64,000 bases of DNA, from positions 88,970,001 to 89,034,000 of the forward strand of contig OZ024746.1 of the NCBI GenBank assembly GCA_964016885.1. The letters are read 5' to 3'. The translations under genes and the position numbers were made by a program. The DNA is from Eledone cirrhosa. Lineage: Eukaryota. Of this stretch, positions 60,553 through 64,000 are shown piece after piece. Every line of letters starts with the position of its first letter. Position 1 is the first letter of the stretch. The notes beneath the pieces were generated by a model. It was given only the letters and a program-made list of their open reading frames with translations, was not told where the DNA came from and made no database searches.

Positions 60553-60556
<4 letters not shown>
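60291..60556. repeat. Compound minisatellite: CAGTCCCCC units spaced by (AT)n
   Basis: Six units near 60294, 60320, 60414, 60464, 60504 and 60546. Confidence 0.9.
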
Positions 60557-61240
<684 letters not shown>

Positions 61241-61731
61241 TATGCGTGTATGGGTGTGGGTGGATGTGTAAGAGAGTGTGTGTGGGCATGTGTTAATATA
61301 TGTATCTGGGACACTTGAATGAAGTGTACAATCGATAAACGGAAGTCCAATCATGTATTTAATGAGGTTTAGATAGCATCAGCAACATATTCAACGATGC
61401 AATTCAGAATATATATAAATATTCCAATAAACAATCATTTTAGAGCAACCCCAGCAATGCAAGAGGGCGGAACACCTTTCATTCCATTTTAAAATGTATT
61501 TCTACCTAGTTAACTCTGTTTGCATTGATCAGTAACTAATCTAAGAACAATGAGGTCACGGCTTACTTAAATGTCTGTACAGAATTAGAAATAAGACTCT
61601 TATAATACTTGGCAAATAGCATCCAACTGTTTGGTACACAGTGTAAAGATCTACGAATTAGAAATATCGTAAAAGAATTAATTGTTGTTTAAATGGCGCT
61701 GGCGGAAACAAACAGCCTATAATTGTGTACA

Positions 61732-61788
<57 letters not shown>

Positions 61789-62109
61789 CCATAACTATAT
61801 ATACATATACATTTACATAAATAAATATATTCATGTATGCACACACACAGAGATGAAGTGTGCCGTGATATGTAGCGAGTAAGTAATTGCATTCAGGTCG
61901 AAGTTGAGAATATACTTACACATATAAAATTAAATAATACATTTCGATGTATAATTGTATGCACTGATATTTGGCTAAATATAATAACAATGTACTTATA
62001 TACATATAGATAGTGTATTAGTGTATGAATAAAATTATGTGCAGCCATATATGAATACTCATACATTCATATATGTGAGTTCATAAATGTATTCTTATAT
62101 GAATACAAG

Positions 62110-62165
<56 letters not shown>

Positions 62166-62208
62166 GGAATACTATTGGCTTCTTGCTACAATACTTTCTA
62201 TACCTTTC

Positions 62209-62254
<46 letters not shown>

Positions 62255-63599
62255 GATGTGGGGTGCGTAGGTGTGTATGCATGTATTTGTATATATATAT
62301 AGATATAGTAATAATAATAATAATAATATAAGCAGCGATTCTTTGCTTAAACTTTAATGTTATTTTAATATATATATATTTCATATAAATATATATTTGT
62401 ATATATATATAATACGTATATAAACAAATATATGTATAGATAGATATATTTTAGTTCACCCGTGTGTGTGCGTGCGTTTGTGTGTGTGTGTGTGTGTGTC
62501 TCTGTGTGTGTGTGTGTATGCATGAGGCGTTTCTGGGCATAAATATTCAGTGGAAGTGCGGATGTATGTAAGCTTATAATAATCGTTTTGCATTCTCTTT
62601 ATGAATATAAAATACACGTGTATAGTGTGATTGTTACCATGTTTTCTATTGTAGCTATGTGTATGATGTTTAATCTTATTTATACTTCTCATAGACTATA
62701 TCCATATATATATATATTTAATGTAACAATCAAGTTCTCATACACAAGTAATCTCTTAAACACACATGCAGATATAAAGAGGCAAAAGAGAATGATTAAC
62801 AATGTTAATGTGTGACAGAAAGAGGAAGGAGAGAAAGAGGCAGAGAAGCAGATAGATAGAGAGAGAAAAGGAAATGATACTAAGATATATATTTATCTTG
62901 TTTTCATATGTATTTGCATATAATTATACACGCACATCCTTGTATTCGCGGATGTATGCATATATGTGTGTTGGTGCGTATGTGTATTCATACGTTAGTT
63001 AGTATGGGATTTCTGAAGGTTTTTACATTTATAATAACCAAGAGCAAAGGTGAGTTCGTCGTAGAAGTGAAGTGTTAGACGAAGAGATAAAAATTTAATA
63101 AATAGAATTTCCCTTCCAGCATTCAAAAGGTTAAAAGATCATCTGGCAGATATCCTATAGTATCCTAAGTATTTGACCCGTGGGCGTTATTGTATACTCA
63201 ATTAAATTTACGAATGCATCTGAAATACAATACCACGTTAACAATTCCATGAATCAATGCTTTTTAGCACTAAGAATATTTTTCATTAATCATATTATCA
63301 ATTTATCAACTTATCAAGGGCTTCTGAGCTGAATGATTGTTTTTCTTCTTGCACTTTTACAATGGACTGATTTTTAATATAGATCAACTATATACTAAAT
63401 GTTTCTAGATTTATAATATTTATGGTAATGTAATCTATCAATCAATTTATAATGGTTTTATTATTCAATGACTTTGGAACCTCATACTCTACAATTGAGC
63501 AAGCATTGTTATAGATGAGCAGTATTTCATAACCACATACACATACGCATACATACTCCCGGATATACATACACACAGACACATATATATATATATATG

Positions 63600-63711
<112 letters not shown>

Positions 63712-64000
63712 CATATATATATATTCAGATATATATATATGTATATGTTTATAGATATATATATTTATATGCATATGCTTCTATATATACGTATATATAT
63801 ATATATGTGTGTGTATTTATGTGTGTATGTATATATGTACGAATTTTAAAAAACAATGGAAGGCAAAATTGGAAATATTATTTCATATCTTGTAAAAACA
63901 CTATTCGCATTTCAATTGGTTATTTACAATATAATATCATTACATAGCGACGTCATCAGGTCCGGAGTGCAAAATTAGATAATTGTTAAAAAGCTTATAG

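Noticed and set aside
60291-60556. CRISPR-like repeat-spacer array
   Set aside because: The repeat is only 9 bp, the spacers are (AT)n, the context is eukaryotic and there are no cas genes.

Overview
AT-rich eukaryotic non-coding DNA, probably from an octopod cephalopod (inferred from the SINE family), dominated by (AT)n/(GT)n/(CT)n microsatellites and transposon remnants. No host protein-coding exon can be supported, and most long ORFs in the track are microsatellite artefacts. Recognisable elements: three Penelope-like (PLE) retroelement remnants with a GIY-YIG endonuclease, about 15 copies of a tRNA-derived SINE, several RTE-clade LINE fragments, a CRE-like RLE LINE fragment, mariner/Tc1 fragments and an internally deleted Helitron. 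The main signal is a dense set of short elements from roughly ten sequence-unrelated families. They sit in or next to (AT)n tracts and often have inverted-repeat structure. Several carry a minimal type-I hammerhead ribozyme (CUGAnGA...GAAA, palindromic stem III), with covariation and a recurring C·C or U·U in stem II; others show only the 3' half of the core. Many also share an ACTC-[hairpin]-GAGTGCT tail 40-65 nt before the microsatellite junction. All coordinates and pairings were read by eye, not computed.
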